From positions 1 to 38,107 of the IMG/VR virus record IMGVR_UViG_3300021560_000035: a stretch of 38,107 nt of DNA; one strand, written 5' to 3'. The stretch comes from a virus. Taxonomy: Duplodnaviria > Caudoviricetes. The position numbers were made by a program, and so were the translations under genes. The notes under the pieces are model-generated. The model had not been told where the DNA came from. It did not search any database and worked only from the letters and a program-made list of their open reading frames with translations. Below, piece after piece: positions 9,572 to 18,901 of this stretch (its first letter is position 1; every line of letters begins with the position of its first letter).

Positions 9572-11692
9572 ATGAAACACACACTTTTGCGTCTCGGCTG
9601 GATTACCTGGCTGGGATTGTTCTTGGCTTGCGGGGCATTTGGGCAAATTTCCGGGTCGATTACTTCGAATCAGTGCGTCTCGGTCGATGTCTCGCAGACC
9701 GGGAGCACGGTCGGAATTCAGGTGACCGGGACGTGGTCCGGGACGTTGCAGCCGCAGATCACGATTCAGGGCCAGAGTCCGGTCAATACCGTGGTCACTC
9801 CGGTCGGAAGCACGACGACCCAATCCACCATCACCGCCAATGGAGGATTTACCGCAGCCGTTGCGGGAGCGTCCACGTTTCAGGTCTGCGGAAATACGGT
9901 GAGCTCGGGAACGGCAGCGGTGTTCCTGAATCGGTCCCAGGCGTCGGTGAAAGGGTCGGGTGGTGGGACTTTTGTCGGCGCCAAGGGCAAACCCTACATC
10001 GACGGAATAGACTACGGGGTTGTCGGTGAAGGTCACTTCGCCTTTTTATTCACTGGGACTAGCGGAACGAGCGTAATCAACTGTCCAGCTTGCAACTTCA
10101 ATACGAACGCCACGGTCGGGCAGATCGTTTACGCCTCGAACTTAACTGCTCTCGGCTTCTCTACGAGCACGGTTATTAAGCTTCCTCAGGGAACCATCTC
10201 CCAAATCAATAGCAACACCCAGATTACCGTATCTACGACATTCGCGGATACTACCTGCCAAGTATCGGGGAATTGCTTTCTGGTTTGGGGAACGGATGAG
10301 ACGACCCAGTTACAGAATGCGTGGACGGCGGTTCTAAACTCATGTTCCACGCTGAACCTCACCGGTGTCAACCCGGAAGGGACCGGCCCCGGCGTCATCC
10401 TCGTTACCAGCGGGCCTGTCTGGGCGAACCCGAGCGCATTATGTCAGGGGACTGGAGGCGTTCGTTCTGGCGTGGGCATTCAGGGACAGGGGTTCGATTC
10501 TACTTACATCATGCCTACCCCGAGCTTCGCATCGACTGGATGCACGGCAGGCGCGAGCGGGAATGCCTGCTTTGCGATCACGACTGACGGCGGGCACATT
10601 CGGCAGTTCACGATTCATGGCGGGGGGAACAGCCAGCCGGGTGCGGGATTCACTACCAAGATCGGGCTGGAAATTGATTCTCTTAACAATGCATATGCCA
10701 ACGACATCCAGTTGCTATTCTGGGGAGGAAATAGCTCGCTGAGTCTAGGGACTGGCCTTGAACTAAGGGGCGGGGAAATCATCACCTACAACGTAGGCGA
10801 AGATGGTTTCGGGGGGGTAGGGCGCAGATACGTTTCGAATGGCAACCTTGGGCCGACGACTGAGGTTGAGCCGGGTTCTTATGACAACGGGTTCGCCAAT
10901 TTCTACGACAACAATTCAGCGAATCCGGTCTTCACGATTGGCGGCAATTACGGAGCTGGCGGAAACACCTTTGCCTGCATCAACAATTCTGCGATCTGGC
11001 ACTCTACGGGCGATACGTTCGGGCTTGCTACCGGACAGGGGACCGCTATCAGCGGAAACGGAATTCAGCTTGGCTCTTGCCTTGACTACTCAGGCACGGT
11101 TACAGGCGCGGGCACGATGTATATGTCCCAAGACTTGCTCTATGCGACCCCCAGCGCGGGCCATGGCGTTCTGTACACGCAGGCAAGCAACATAACTCTC
11201 CAGGCTTCCCAGTCTCAATTCGTGAACTTAGGGGCGAGTGCGACCTCAGACGTTTTCTTTAACAATGGCAATATTTTTGATAACGGCGGCAACACCTTCA
11301 CCAAGGGTTCGGGCAGGTTTTTAGATACGTCCTCGACCGGAACGAGTTTCGGTACCAACTCCATCACCGGGACCACGATCACCGCAGGCGCGGCAGTCCT
11401 GAGTGCAGGATGGGGCACGACCGCCGCATGGTCGGCGCTCGCAGGGAATAACTCGTTCAATGGGACGATTACGGCAAGCGGCACCGGGCAGTTGGCAAAC
11501 CCGACGATTACGTATACATTCCCGGTCGCTTATGTCTATGCCCCTCCAACCTGCATCGCCTTTCAGGTGGGCGGGACGCAGGCGCAAGGTACTTTTGCCA
11601 CATCTTCTCTGACTACGACTGGGGTTGTATTTACCTACTCGGGCACGCCCGGAGCCGCGAATACAGTTTTCGTTCAAGTTGAATGCCGCTAG
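9572..11692 (+). CDS. Putative tailspike/receptor-binding protein (beta-helix-like) with signal peptide
   Basis: Start reassigned to ATG 9572; DYGV..GTDETTQLQNAW..GIQGQG pattern typical of tailspike beta-helix starts; G/T/N/S-rich. Confidence 0.65.
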   Translation: MKHTLLRLGWITWLGLFLACGAFGQISGSITSNQCVSVDVSQTGSTVGIQVTGTWSGTLQPQITIQGQSPVNTVVTPVGSTTTQSTITANGGFTAAVAGASTFQVCGNTVSSGTAAVFLNRSQASVKGSGGGTFVGAKGKPYIDGIDYGVVGEGHFAFLFTGTSGTSVINCPACNFNTNATVGQIVYASNLTALGFSTSTVIKLPQGTISQINSNTQITVSTTFADTTCQVSGNCFLVWGTDETTQLQNAWTAVLNSCSTLNLTGVNPEGTGPGVILVTSGPVWANPSALCQGTGGVRSGVGIQGQGFDSTYIMPTPSFASTGCTAGASGNACFAITTDGGHIRQFTIHGGGNSQPGAGFTTKIGLEIDSLNNAYANDIQLLFWGGNSSLSLGTGLELRGGEIITYNVGEDGFGGVGRRYVSNGNLGPTTEVEPGSYDNGFANFYDNNSANPVFTIGGNYGAGGNTFACINNSAIWHSTGDTFGLATGQGTAISGNGIQLGSCLDYSGTVTGAGTMYMSQDLLYATPSAGHGVLYTQASNITLQASQSQFVNLGASATSDVFFNNGNIFDNGGNTFTKGSGRFLDTSSTGTSFGTNSITGTTITAGAAVLSAGWGTTAAWSALAGNNSFNGTITASGTGQLANPTITYTFPVAYVYAPPTCIAFQVGGTQAQGTFATSSLTTTGVVFTYSGTPGAANTVFVQVECR

Positions 11693-11715
11693 TTCTCGCA
11701 CCAAGGTATCCATCC

Positions 11716-11994
11716 ATGCAAAAACTCTTTCAGTATCTCCGCGATTTCTGGAACAACTTACCGCACACCGTACAGGGCGGATTGATCGCGTTCGCTTCGG
11801 GCTTTGCCGCGGCGGCGGCACACTACCTCACCGACGAAACGGCCTGCTTCAGTCTGGCCTGTGTCCGCCACGTCATACCTACGTTTATCGCTGCGGGCGT
11901 AGTCGCACTGCGCGCGTTCTACCTGATTCCTTCGTCGCACAATGGAAACGGAAATGGGCCTCTACCAACTCCTCCGCCAGCTCCGCGCGCCTGA
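11716..11994 (+). CDS. Putative holin-like two-TM protein
   Basis: Two hydrophobic segments; first gene of the lysis region. Confidence 0.5.
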   Translation: MQKLFQYLRDFWNNLPHTVQGGLIAFASGFAAAAAHYLTDETACFSLACVRHVIPTFIAAGVVALRAFYLIPSSHNGNGNGPLPTPPPAPRA

Positions 11995-12001
11995 TCCGCA
12001 C

Positions 12002-12319
12002 ATGCTGAAGCAGTTCTCTGATTTTTTCTTTGGGCCGGACCTTGAGGAATTGCTCCGCCCTGACTCGCATGTGTATTACCGGCAGGAGGAGATGCCGGAT
12101 CAGGGCTGGCCGGATCGCGATTCGCCGCAAGCCGTCCGCAAAGCGCTCGATTGCGCGCACGACAATATGAAGGCCTTGGTTCGGGAGAATGATCGGCTTC
12201 GGCGGGTCCTCATTGAATCCCAGCGACGGCACCGGCGACAGCTTGGAACAATTTGGACTGGCTTTATCGGGTTGATGGCGTGGCTTGTGCCATTCGCGGT
12301 AAAGGGGATGGCGCGATGA
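12002..12319 (+). CDS. Coiled-coil protein with C-terminal TM (lysis region)
   Basis: IWTGFIGLMAWLVPFAV tail; stop overlaps the endolysin ATG. Confidence 0.55.
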   Translation: MLKQFSDFFFGPDLEELLRPDSHVYYRQEEMPDQGWPDRDSPQAVRKALDCAHDNMKALVRENDRLRRVLIESQRRHRRQLGTIWTGFIGLMAWLVPFAVKGMAR

Positions 12320-12741
12320 TCGCCAATCTCCGAGATCAACTTGAACGCGACGAAGGTCGGCGCGCGGCGGTCTACCCGGACTCCCTGGGCTACTGGACGA
12401 TCGGCGTCGGGATTTGCGTGGATGCCCGGAAAGGCTGCGGACTCCTGCCCGAGGAAATTGACTTCATCCTCGATAACCGCATCGCCAAAGCACGCAAAGA
12501 ACTCTCCTCCATCCTGCCCTGGACCGATACGCTCGATTCGATCCGCCGAGATGCGCTGGTGAATCTGGTTTTCAATCTCGGGATTTCGGGCCTGGTGGAA
12601 TTCCGGCATTTCCTGGCCGCCCTGCAACTCGGCGACTGGCCAACCGCAAAAGCGCAACTTCTGGACTCCACCGCCGATCACCAGGAGCCCGCCCGCATCG
12701 GCCGACTCGCCGAACAGATTCTCACCGGGCAATGGCAGTAA
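12316..12741 (+). CDS. Endolysin, GH24/T4-lysozyme-like muramidase
   Basis: DEGRRAAVYPDSLGYWTIGVG with E-x8-D-x5-T triad; ALVNLVFNLG. Confidence 0.92.
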   Translation: MIANLRDQLERDEGRRAAVYPDSLGYWTIGVGICVDARKGCGLLPEEIDFILDNRIAKARKELSSILPWTDTLDSIRRDALVNLVFNLGISGLVEFRHFLAALQLGDWPTAKAQLLDSTADHQEPARIGRLAEQILTGQWQ

Positions 12742-12837
12742 CCCGAATCGGTCCCAGTGACGACGTTTTTGATTAACGCCATCTGGGAGTACATCACCCA
12801 AAACTATTCACACATCGATCCCAAAGGAGCAAAGAAT

Positions 12838-13200
12838 ATGAGCTTTAAATCCTGGTTGTACGCAGTCGGAGAAGATTTCAAAAAGGGACTGGACTTCATT
12901 CTGCCCTGGGCCGAAACCGCCGGAGAGGCGGCTGTCTCGATCTTCGCCCCCGCCCTCGGGCCGATGTTCAATTCGACCGTAACCGCGGTTGCCCAGGCGG
13001 AGCAGAATTTTTCGGCGCTCGGCAAACAGAATGGTTCAGGCCCGCAAAAGCTCGCCGCAGTGGTAGTAATCGTCGGAGGGCTGATCAAGAAAGGCCTGGA
13101 AGATGCCGGGAAATCTGCTACGGATACCGACGTGCAGAACTACATCAATGCAGTGGTGGCGATCTTGAACGCCGCACCGGCACCGGCCGCAAAGCCCTAA
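12838..13200 (+). CDS. Lysis-region protein (possible holin/accessory)
   Basis: AAAGGAG RBS; Ala-rich; GPQKLAAVVVIVGG. Confidence 0.55.
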   Translation: MSFKSWLYAVGEDFKKGLDFILPWAETAGEAAVSIFAPALGPMFNSTVTAVAQAEQNFSALGKQNGSGPQKLAAVVVIVGGLIKKGLEDAGKSATDTDVQNYINAVVAILNAAPAPAAKP

Positions 13201-13521
13201 ATGGATCCTTGGGGAGCGCTGGCCGATTTCGTTCTCGGCAAGATCAAAGAGGGCGTATGGGCGCAATGGCTCAAGCTGCTCTTTGAGATGGGCTTCTCCG
13301 CGATCGTTTCCTTCCTGATCATCTGCGGAAGTGCGCTGGTGGCGGGCGGAGAAGCGGGCTTTTCCATTGGGGCGGGAATGGTGGCGGCAGCGCTTTCGCT
13401 AACGGTGCTGTTTCGCCGGGAAAGCTCGAAGCTCACCAAGGGAATGCTAGTGGTCTTGCCGGCTGCAGAGGCTGCTAAGGAGATCGCTACGGACTTCGAG
13501 ACGATTCAGAAAGCCAAGTAA
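13201..13521 (+). CDS. Two-TM membrane protein (holin candidate)
   Basis: Two hydrophobic helices; last gene before the terminator. Confidence 0.55.
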   Translation: MDPWGALADFVLGKIKEGVWAQWLKLLFEMGFSAIVSFLIICGSALVAGGEAGFSIGAGMVAAALSLTVLFRRESSKLTKGMLVVLPAAEAAKEIATDFETIQKAK

Positions 13522-13548
13522 GTCGTTTACGATCTGTTCTCTCTCGTG

Positions 13549-13590
13549 AAAAAGCTGGGGAGCCTGTGAAAAAGGCTCCCCGTTTTTGTT
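13549..13590. terminator. Bidirectional intrinsic terminator
   Basis: GGGGAGCCT-7nt-AGGCTCCCC flanked by an A-run and GTTTTTGTT, between convergent genes. Confidence 0.85.
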
Positions 13591-13593
13591 GCT

Positions 13594-13905
13594 CTAATGG
13601 TTGTGGTGGTGTTCCGGCTCTTGGGGTTTGGCTTCGCGTGGTTCGCTCCAATTACCGATCGGTTGAAGCTCGCCCGCATGGCATACGAGTTTATGCTCCG
13701 TGTCCTTCGGTCCCGCCGGATAGACTGCGCCCTCTTTGTTGCAGAAACCTCCCGGATGCAGTACGGGTTGTCGATAGCCGGTATCGACTACCCCGGTAAT
13801 TGGCTTCTCGGGTCGTGGCTTTGGGCGCTGCATTCTCCAAGCGAGGATGGAAGCGCAGACCAGGATGCCGAGTACCATGAACCCTATTTTGATTTGGTGG
13901 CTCAT
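13594..13905 (-). CDS. Membrane-anchored hypothetical protein
   Basis: N-terminal TM helix; directly follows the metalloprotease gene. Confidence 0.65.
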   Translation of the reverse strand: MSHQIKIGFMVLGILVCASILAWRMQRPKPRPEKPITGVVDTGYRQPVLHPGGFCNKEGAVYPAGPKDTEHKLVCHAGELQPIGNWSEPREAKPQEPEHHHNH

Positions 13906-13945
13906 CTAGTTTTCCCTTCCTTTGAAAATCGCTCAGGGTTTCTTC

Positions 13946-15736
13946 TCAGTTGAAAAACTCCCAGTAGACGTTGGCCCAGCTGTAATCGCAGGTCGTGGGC
14001 TCGGTCGGCTGGGAGGAATCATATTGCCCATACATCACGGTTTGCTGCTCCTTGGTGGGGCACGATGCGCCGCCATAACAGTCGGCCAAACCGATGAGAT
14101 GGCCCATTTCGTGGGCTCCAAAGGTGTAGTCCGAATAAATCGTGAAGCCGCTGGTTTGCGTCAAAACCTCGATCGGAATCAGGATCGCCGCATACCACTT
14201 GTTGCTACCCCCGCCGCCGAATTCCGCTGGCGACATCGAGTATCCATTCAGGTCCGGCGTCGGCGTCTGGCCCACGATGATGAAGGGATACGCTGGATTG
14301 CAGGGCAAGTTCTGGTAGTAGTAATGGCCCCCTCCTCGTGGAACCGAGGCATACCCGCATGAATTCGAGGTTGTGACGATCCCCTTGTTTACGAAGGTAT
14401 ACGCACCTACGAATGGAGCGCTATTGTAAGGTGGAACCGCCCATCCGTCGATACCACTAAAGAGCGCGGATGTGTTGGCGGCGTTCATGTTGGCGCCGCT
14501 TCCATCGAAATAGACGTTTATCTTCGACCCTCCAGGGAAGTATTCCTCGTCGGGATTGATGATATTGAGCGAAGGCAAAATACACGGCAGCGGAATCCCG
14601 GTGAAGATGTTCTGAAGCGAGCTGTGACAGTAGACCGAGGAAGTCGCATTCGGGTTACAGGCAGGATCATTGGGATTCCCGAAAATCAGATCGCAGCTTC
14701 CAGAGAAGTCCGCCGAAAGCAGGTTCATGTTACTGGATGGACTGTAGTTTCCCGAGGCGGCCTGGCCGTTGAAGCCGTTGGGGATGCTCACCTGCACGGT
14801 CCCGGTATGCACCGCTCCGGGCGGGCAGGTTTGTACTGGGCATCCGTTGGAACTGCCGTAGAGATTCGCCTGGAATCCGCCAGCAAGCAGATTTAGGTGG
14901 TAGGGCTGCCCATTTGAATCGAGGCCAACAATGATGTTTTTCAGCACACCTGCCAAGCTCCCCATTGTGGGTGAAACGAGTTCGCAACTCCAGCAGCCAA
15001 TCGAGTGATCGAACAACCAGGTGTTATTCCCGTAGGGCGCGCTAAGGCAGTAGATTCGGCCTTGCTTCGTGATCTGGCAGGATAAAACGCCCGTCGCCTG
15101 CTGGGTCCAGGTGCTTCCGTTGTAGAGATTTGCTGTCCCGTCGGATCGTACGGCAAGGATTTGCGTTGCGGAGGCAATGGAAATCTGAGTGGCGGGCGTG
15201 TACCCGGTTCCGCCCCAAAGCCAAGTCCACGAGCCAGCCGCCGGATTGTTGGTTTCCCAGATGGTGCCATCGGTCCAGCCGGCGATGATGTAGCCGTCCC
15301 GAGAGGCCGCGATTTTGTTGAAGCACCAAGCGGGGAATCGTGTCCATGTGCCATTGGAGACATTTAACTGGCTTACTTGATAACCGCCGGTCGGACAGGC
15401 TGAGTCTGAGAGAAGTCCGTAAATCGTATTGCCGCTCACCACTGCGAGGCCGTGGGCCGTTCCCCAGGTCGTCTGTTCGACGTAACTTTCGGTCGAGAAA
15501 TTGTATGTCCAGATGTTCCCCGAGGCATCGAGGAAGGTGGTGAAAGCATCAGAGCCCACCGATACAGATGTAAAGCTGTGAGCGGGCAGAGCTTTCCAGC
15601 AATTCACTCCCCCACTCAGCTTGCAAGAGGTGGTGATGTCCTGAATGTGGCCGCCTAGAGTCGAGCCGTATTGAGCCCAACTCGAAGCCGAGAGCAGCAC
15701 AGAACACAGCAACAGCAGTAGAATTTTCACACGCAT
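13946..15736 (-). CDS. Secreted protein: Trp-rich beta-propeller-like region plus C-terminal metzincin-type zinc metalloprotease
   Basis: Signal peptide ..SASSWA-Q; HEMGHLIGLAD (HExxHxxGxxD) and downstream Met-turn TVMY; AAAGGAG RBS. Confidence 0.75.
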   Translation of the reverse strand: MRVKILLLLLCSVLLSASSWAQYGSTLGGHIQDITTSCKLSGGVNCWKALPAHSFTSVSVGSDAFTTFLDASGNIWTYNFSTESYVEQTTWGTAHGLAVVSGNTIYGLLSDSACPTGGYQVSQLNVSNGTWTRFPAWCFNKIAASRDGYIIAGWTDGTIWETNNPAAGSWTWLWGGTGYTPATQISIASATQILAVRSDGTANLYNGSTWTQQATGVLSCQITKQGRIYCLSAPYGNNTWLFDHSIGCWSCELVSPTMGSLAGVLKNIIVGLDSNGQPYHLNLLAGGFQANLYGSSNGCPVQTCPPGAVHTGTVQVSIPNGFNGQAASGNYSPSSNMNLLSADFSGSCDLIFGNPNDPACNPNATSSVYCHSSLQNIFTGIPLPCILPSLNIINPDEEYFPGGSKINVYFDGSGANMNAANTSALFSGIDGWAVPPYNSAPFVGAYTFVNKGIVTTSNSCGYASVPRGGGHYYYQNLPCNPAYPFIIVGQTPTPDLNGYSMSPAEFGGGGSNKWYAAILIPIEVLTQTSGFTIYSDYTFGAHEMGHLIGLADCYGGASCPTKEQQTVMYGQYDSSQPTEPTTCDYSWANVYWEFFN

Positions 15737-15850
15737 GGAATCGGTTCTCCTTTGGAATGGTCGATTTCGTGCCAGGCTCCGAGTTCCGTTGCTGCGGGGC
15801 TCGGGGCCGCTTCTTGCCTTTCTAAAATGCCGTCACTTTAAAAGCTCGTC

Positions 15851-16156
15851 TCAGGGCTCTGGCTTCGCAGGCTGTGCGGGAATTGACTCGGGCATAAGAG
15901 CCGAATGGACGCCAGACCGCTCGGATATGTTCTCTCGGTAGACTTCACCGGGCTTCGCAGGCTGTGCGGCGTTGTGCCTAATTGTTCGTCCAGCTTTAGC
16001 CTTAGCGAGTATTTCTTGAGCGCATTGCTCCGAAATCGGCGTGCATCCAGCCTTTGCACACCAAGAATCACCATAATGCAATCGCTCCGCATCAGAGTGG
16101 TCCTCGCCCTTGGGCATCATCATCCATCGGCTCGGATTAGGTTGGGTCGCGCTCAT
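15851..16156 (-). CDS. Hypothetical protein with internal AQPAKP repeat
   Basis: Coupled to the upstream ORF; 19-bp direct repeat at 15861-15879 and 15951-15969. Confidence 0.5.
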   Translation of the reverse strand: MSATQPNPSRWMMMPKGEDHSDAERLHYGDSWCAKAGCTPISEQCAQEILAKAKAGRTIRHNAAQPAKPGEVYRENISERSGVHSALMPESIPAQPAKPEP

Positions 16157-16377
16157 TTGCTCTCCTCACTGCGCTCAGTTGGGCATTCATATTGACCACG
16201 CTCGTCGGGCAGTTGCTCATGCTGCCAAATATTGATCCACCAGCGTTTCCATGTATTCGGCTTCCAGAACAATACTTCCAGCCAAGGTTTTCCGTAGAGC
16301 TCTTGGTAAAAGATTGTTAGCCAAAACCACGGCGTGTTCAGGTCCAATACTCGTAGTCTCATCGCTTTCTCCGTCAT
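16153..16377 (-). CDS. Trp-rich hypothetical protein
   Basis: ATGA overlaps at both ends. Confidence 0.55.
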   Translation of the reverse strand: MTEKAMRLRVLDLNTPWFWLTIFYQELYGKPWLEVLFWKPNTWKRWWINIWQHEQLPDERGQYECPTERSEESK

Positions 16378-16940
16378 CGCGTCACCTCGGTGGGGAATTC
16401 CTGAATTTGTAGGCCAATTAGTGCCTCCCCCTCTGCGGTTCCGTCATCTTTGTGGCGACTAAGTGCGATTGTCATGTTTGCCGCCGCCCAGGGCTTACAT
16501 AATTCATTTAAATCAACGGTATATCCCGCCCGCAAAAGGTTCTCCCATGCATGAAGCAGGGCGAACCTCAGGTAGCGAATTTCACTTCTATGGGCGTAAT
16601 CGGGCCGCATCTGCGCCTCGCGGATGATGAGAACCTTTCGGCCCAGAACATAGACCAAGCCATGATCCGGGTGCCTTTCTTCAATCTTTTGCACGGGGAT
16701 TACTCCCGGTTGGCACATGAAGTATCTACGATCCCCCATGCGGCGAGAATGCTTTTTACGGGCGTCCCGGAGAAAATCCTCATAGGACGTCTTACACTCC
16801 ACAACAATTGATCCATTGCTGCTCCAGCCGATTGCGTCGGGTAATTCAGCGGTCGAACCTATACCACAAAAGGCCGGACTACACCGTTTGGTGCCCCGAA
16901 GCCATTGCACCGCCCTCTCGCACAAGTAGATATGATTCAT
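16374..16940 (-). CDS. PD-(D/E)xK nuclease-fold protein (MmcB-like)
   Basis: PDAIGW..IVVECKTSYEDFLRD..MGDRRYFM. Confidence 0.7.
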   Translation of the reverse strand: MNHIYLCERAVQWLRGTKRCSPAFCGIGSTAELPDAIGWSSNGSIVVECKTSYEDFLRDARKKHSRRMGDRRYFMCQPGVIPVQKIEERHPDHGLVYVLGRKVLIIREAQMRPDYAHRSEIRYLRFALLHAWENLLRAGYTVDLNELCKPWAAANMTIALSRHKDDGTAEGEALIGLQIQEFPTEVTR

Positions 16941-16974
16941 TGGCTGTAATCCTCGCGCTCCCTCGCTTCCTCAC

Positions 16975-17676
16975 TTATCCCCTGCCTCCGCCTTCTGCTT
17001 CCGCTTCTGTGTCGAGGACTGCCCGAATTCGCCAGGCAAGCCACTCGGCAACTGGTTGCGTAACTGCATTGCCCGCGCCCATAAGTGCAGTTCTCCGCGC
17101 CGAAACCCTTGCAAATATTCCGCCTCGCACACAGTCGGGACAGTTCCCATCGAATCGCTGGCGCGGGCTCCCTTGTATGTTCGCCCCTTCCACTCCGAGG
17201 CTGTCAGGGTATAGGTGATTCCATAAGTCCAGCCCAGCGCCGCCCATTCTGCCGACGATAAACCAGCGGGCGCGGCGTTGGGGCACCCAGTGTTGGCTAT
17301 CAATAATTCGCGCTGCGACCCCGTAACCAAGGCATTCCAGGTCTGTGACCCACGATAGGATGAGTGCGCGATCCACGCTGGCCGGCTGCTCAATGAGAGC
17401 GACATCTGGCCGAAGATGCGCGACAAACCGCAGCATATGTGGATAAAGGGACTCGTTGGTTTTCTGTTTTTGCCATCGCGCCGCCCGACTGGTTTTTCGG
17501 CAGACCGGACCCCCGCTAAGGAGCTGCACCCGCTCGCATTCTCTTGGGTCATCTTTGCTGACATCGTTCCCATAAATCAGGTCTTTCGCCCACAACGTTC
17601 TAAATCCCGCTTGCTCGATTCCACGCCGCAATCCGCCATACCCATCAAACAGCGATCCGTGCGTGTACTCCCTCAT
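16975..17676 (-). CDS. Compact, divergent C5 cytosine DNA methyltransferase
   Basis: Motif I SLFDGYGG, IV GGPVC, VI IEQP, VIII PQRRARWFIVG, X AGNAV. Confidence 0.8.
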   Translation of the reverse strand: MREYTHGSLFDGYGGLRRGIEQAGFRTLWAKDLIYGNDVSKDDPRECERVQLLSGGPVCRKTSRAARWQKQKTNESLYPHMLRFVAHLRPDVALIEQPASVDRALILSWVTDLECLGYGVAARIIDSQHWVPQRRARWFIVGRMGGAGLDLWNHLYPDSLGVEGANIQGSPRQRFDGNCPDCVRGGIFARVSARRTALMGAGNAVTQPVAEWLAWRIRAVLDTEAEAEGGGRG

Positions 17677-17858
17677 GCGCTCCCCTCAGAGAAGACTTTT
17701 AAAACTCTCCGCTCATTCGGGTAGGAGTCGGCCGGCGGATGCTTCCAGAACCAGCTCGTCGGAAAACATTCACGCTCGACTCGTTTCGCGGCGAGATCGT
17801 TCTGGTAATCGACGCGGGTTGGACTAGGGGAAGACTTTGGTTCGGCCTCAGAGTTCAT
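17673..17858 (-). CDS. Hypothetical protein
   Basis: 61 aa, overlapping start/stop with both neighbours. Confidence 0.45.
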   Translation of the reverse strand: MNSEAEPKSSPSPTRVDYQNDLAAKRVERECFPTSWFWKHPPADSYPNERRVLKVFSEGSA

Positions 17859-18259
17859 GCGGTTTTGTCCTTGGGTTCGGTCGGGTTAAGGGTAGGGGAT
17901 GGGGGTTTCTTCGATTGCAACCAACGGTAGTCGGCTAAAATGTCGGCGATGATGTTTTCCGGCGGAGTGTGATCCGGGAAGCGCAGGGTCCTGATTCCGA
18001 GCATCTCCAGATCGGCATCGCGTTTCCGGTCGCGCTCCGGATCGTGCCACTGGCCGTCAATCTCCACGACCATCCGCCAGCGGGGACACCAGAAATCCAC
18101 AATGTACCCGCCGATGACGTACTGGCGTTTAAAGCGGACCCCGAGCTGCTTTTTGCGGAGAAGCTTCCAGAGAAATTCTTCGGCGGCGGTCGGATGCTGG
18201 CGCTGGACTTTCGCCTGAGCGGTGATGGCGGGATCAACCCGAGAGCGGCAGAGATTCAC
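17855..18259 (-). CDS. DUF559/Vsr-like endonuclease
   Basis: PTAAEEFLW..FKRQYVIGGYIVDF..VVEIDGQWH..DRKRD..LRF. Confidence 0.88.
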   Translation of the reverse strand: MNLCRSRVDPAITAQAKVQRQHPTAAEEFLWKLLRKKQLGVRFKRQYVIGGYIVDFWCPRWRMVVEIDGQWHDPERDRKRDADLEMLGIRTLRFPDHTPPENIIADILADYRWLQSKKPPSPTLNPTEPKDKTA

Positions 18260-18407
18260 AGGCCACCCCCGACAGCCCGTTTCCTGGCTCTCAGAGGGGC
18301 GAGAGAGTATGAGAGAGCGGGGAGGGGTGGTCTGTCAACAGGAAATCCGCATGCTTTCATAGTGTTTCCTGTGCAAAAACTGAATAACTTGTGCGGTTTT
18401 GTGCGAA

Positions 18408-18659
18408 TCACGCCGCCTCCGCTTCATCCCTCGAAATCTGCGCCTGCCGAATTCCGTACACGTACCTTTTCTCGATCTCCACGTTCAGGCACTTCGGACA
18501 GGTATTCAGGGAATTCAGGGAGTCATAGAAGTTGCAGGACTCGGCATCCACGTCGAGCATGAAGACGAAGCTGGAGTCCGGAACTCGTTTTCCGCAGAGG
18601 GCGATATATTCGAGGCCTTCGCGGAGGGGATCGTCGGAGTCTAGGAGATGGGCTTTCAT
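18408..18659 (-). CDS. Hypothetical protein, possibly Zn-binding
   Basis: Start reassigned to MKAHLL; H..ALCG..CPKC. Confidence 0.55.
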   Translation of the reverse strand: MKAHLLDSDDPLREGLEYIALCGKRVPDSSFVFMLDVDAESCNFYDSLNSLNTCPKCLNVEIEKRYVYGIRQAQISRDEAEAA

Positions 18660-18901
18660 TTCGGCAACTCCAAGCCGAAGAATTTCAAATTCTCGCCTTC
18701 CAGAGTCACAACCACGGCATGCTTGAGAATTCGGGCGGTCCTCACCATTGCCTGCGTTTCTGATGGAACCGCGAGCCTCCCTAAAACGGTGCTGTTCGGC
18801 CATTCCGTCGCCCAGTACCGCCGCTGCTCGCGGATAACTTCCTCCAAGCGCTTCACTTCGCGCCGCAACCTCCGCGCCTCTCGCTGGGAAATTTTGCTCA
18901 T
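18656..18901 (-). CDS. Hypothetical protein
   Basis: 81 aa, AAAGGA RBS, coupled overlaps. Confidence 0.6.
   Translation of the reverse strand: MSKISQREARRLRREVKRLEEVIREQRRYWATEWPNSTVLGRLAVPSETQAMVRTARILKHAVVVTLEGENLKFFGLELPK

Noticed and set aside
18306-18338. Minus-strand TTGACA...CATACT promoter
   Set aside because: The spacer is 21 nt, too long for a standard sigma70 promoter.
18360-18400. DnaA-box-like words (TGTGCAAAA, ACTGAATAA)
   Set aside because: Each has about two mismatches to the consensus; too weak to call an origin.
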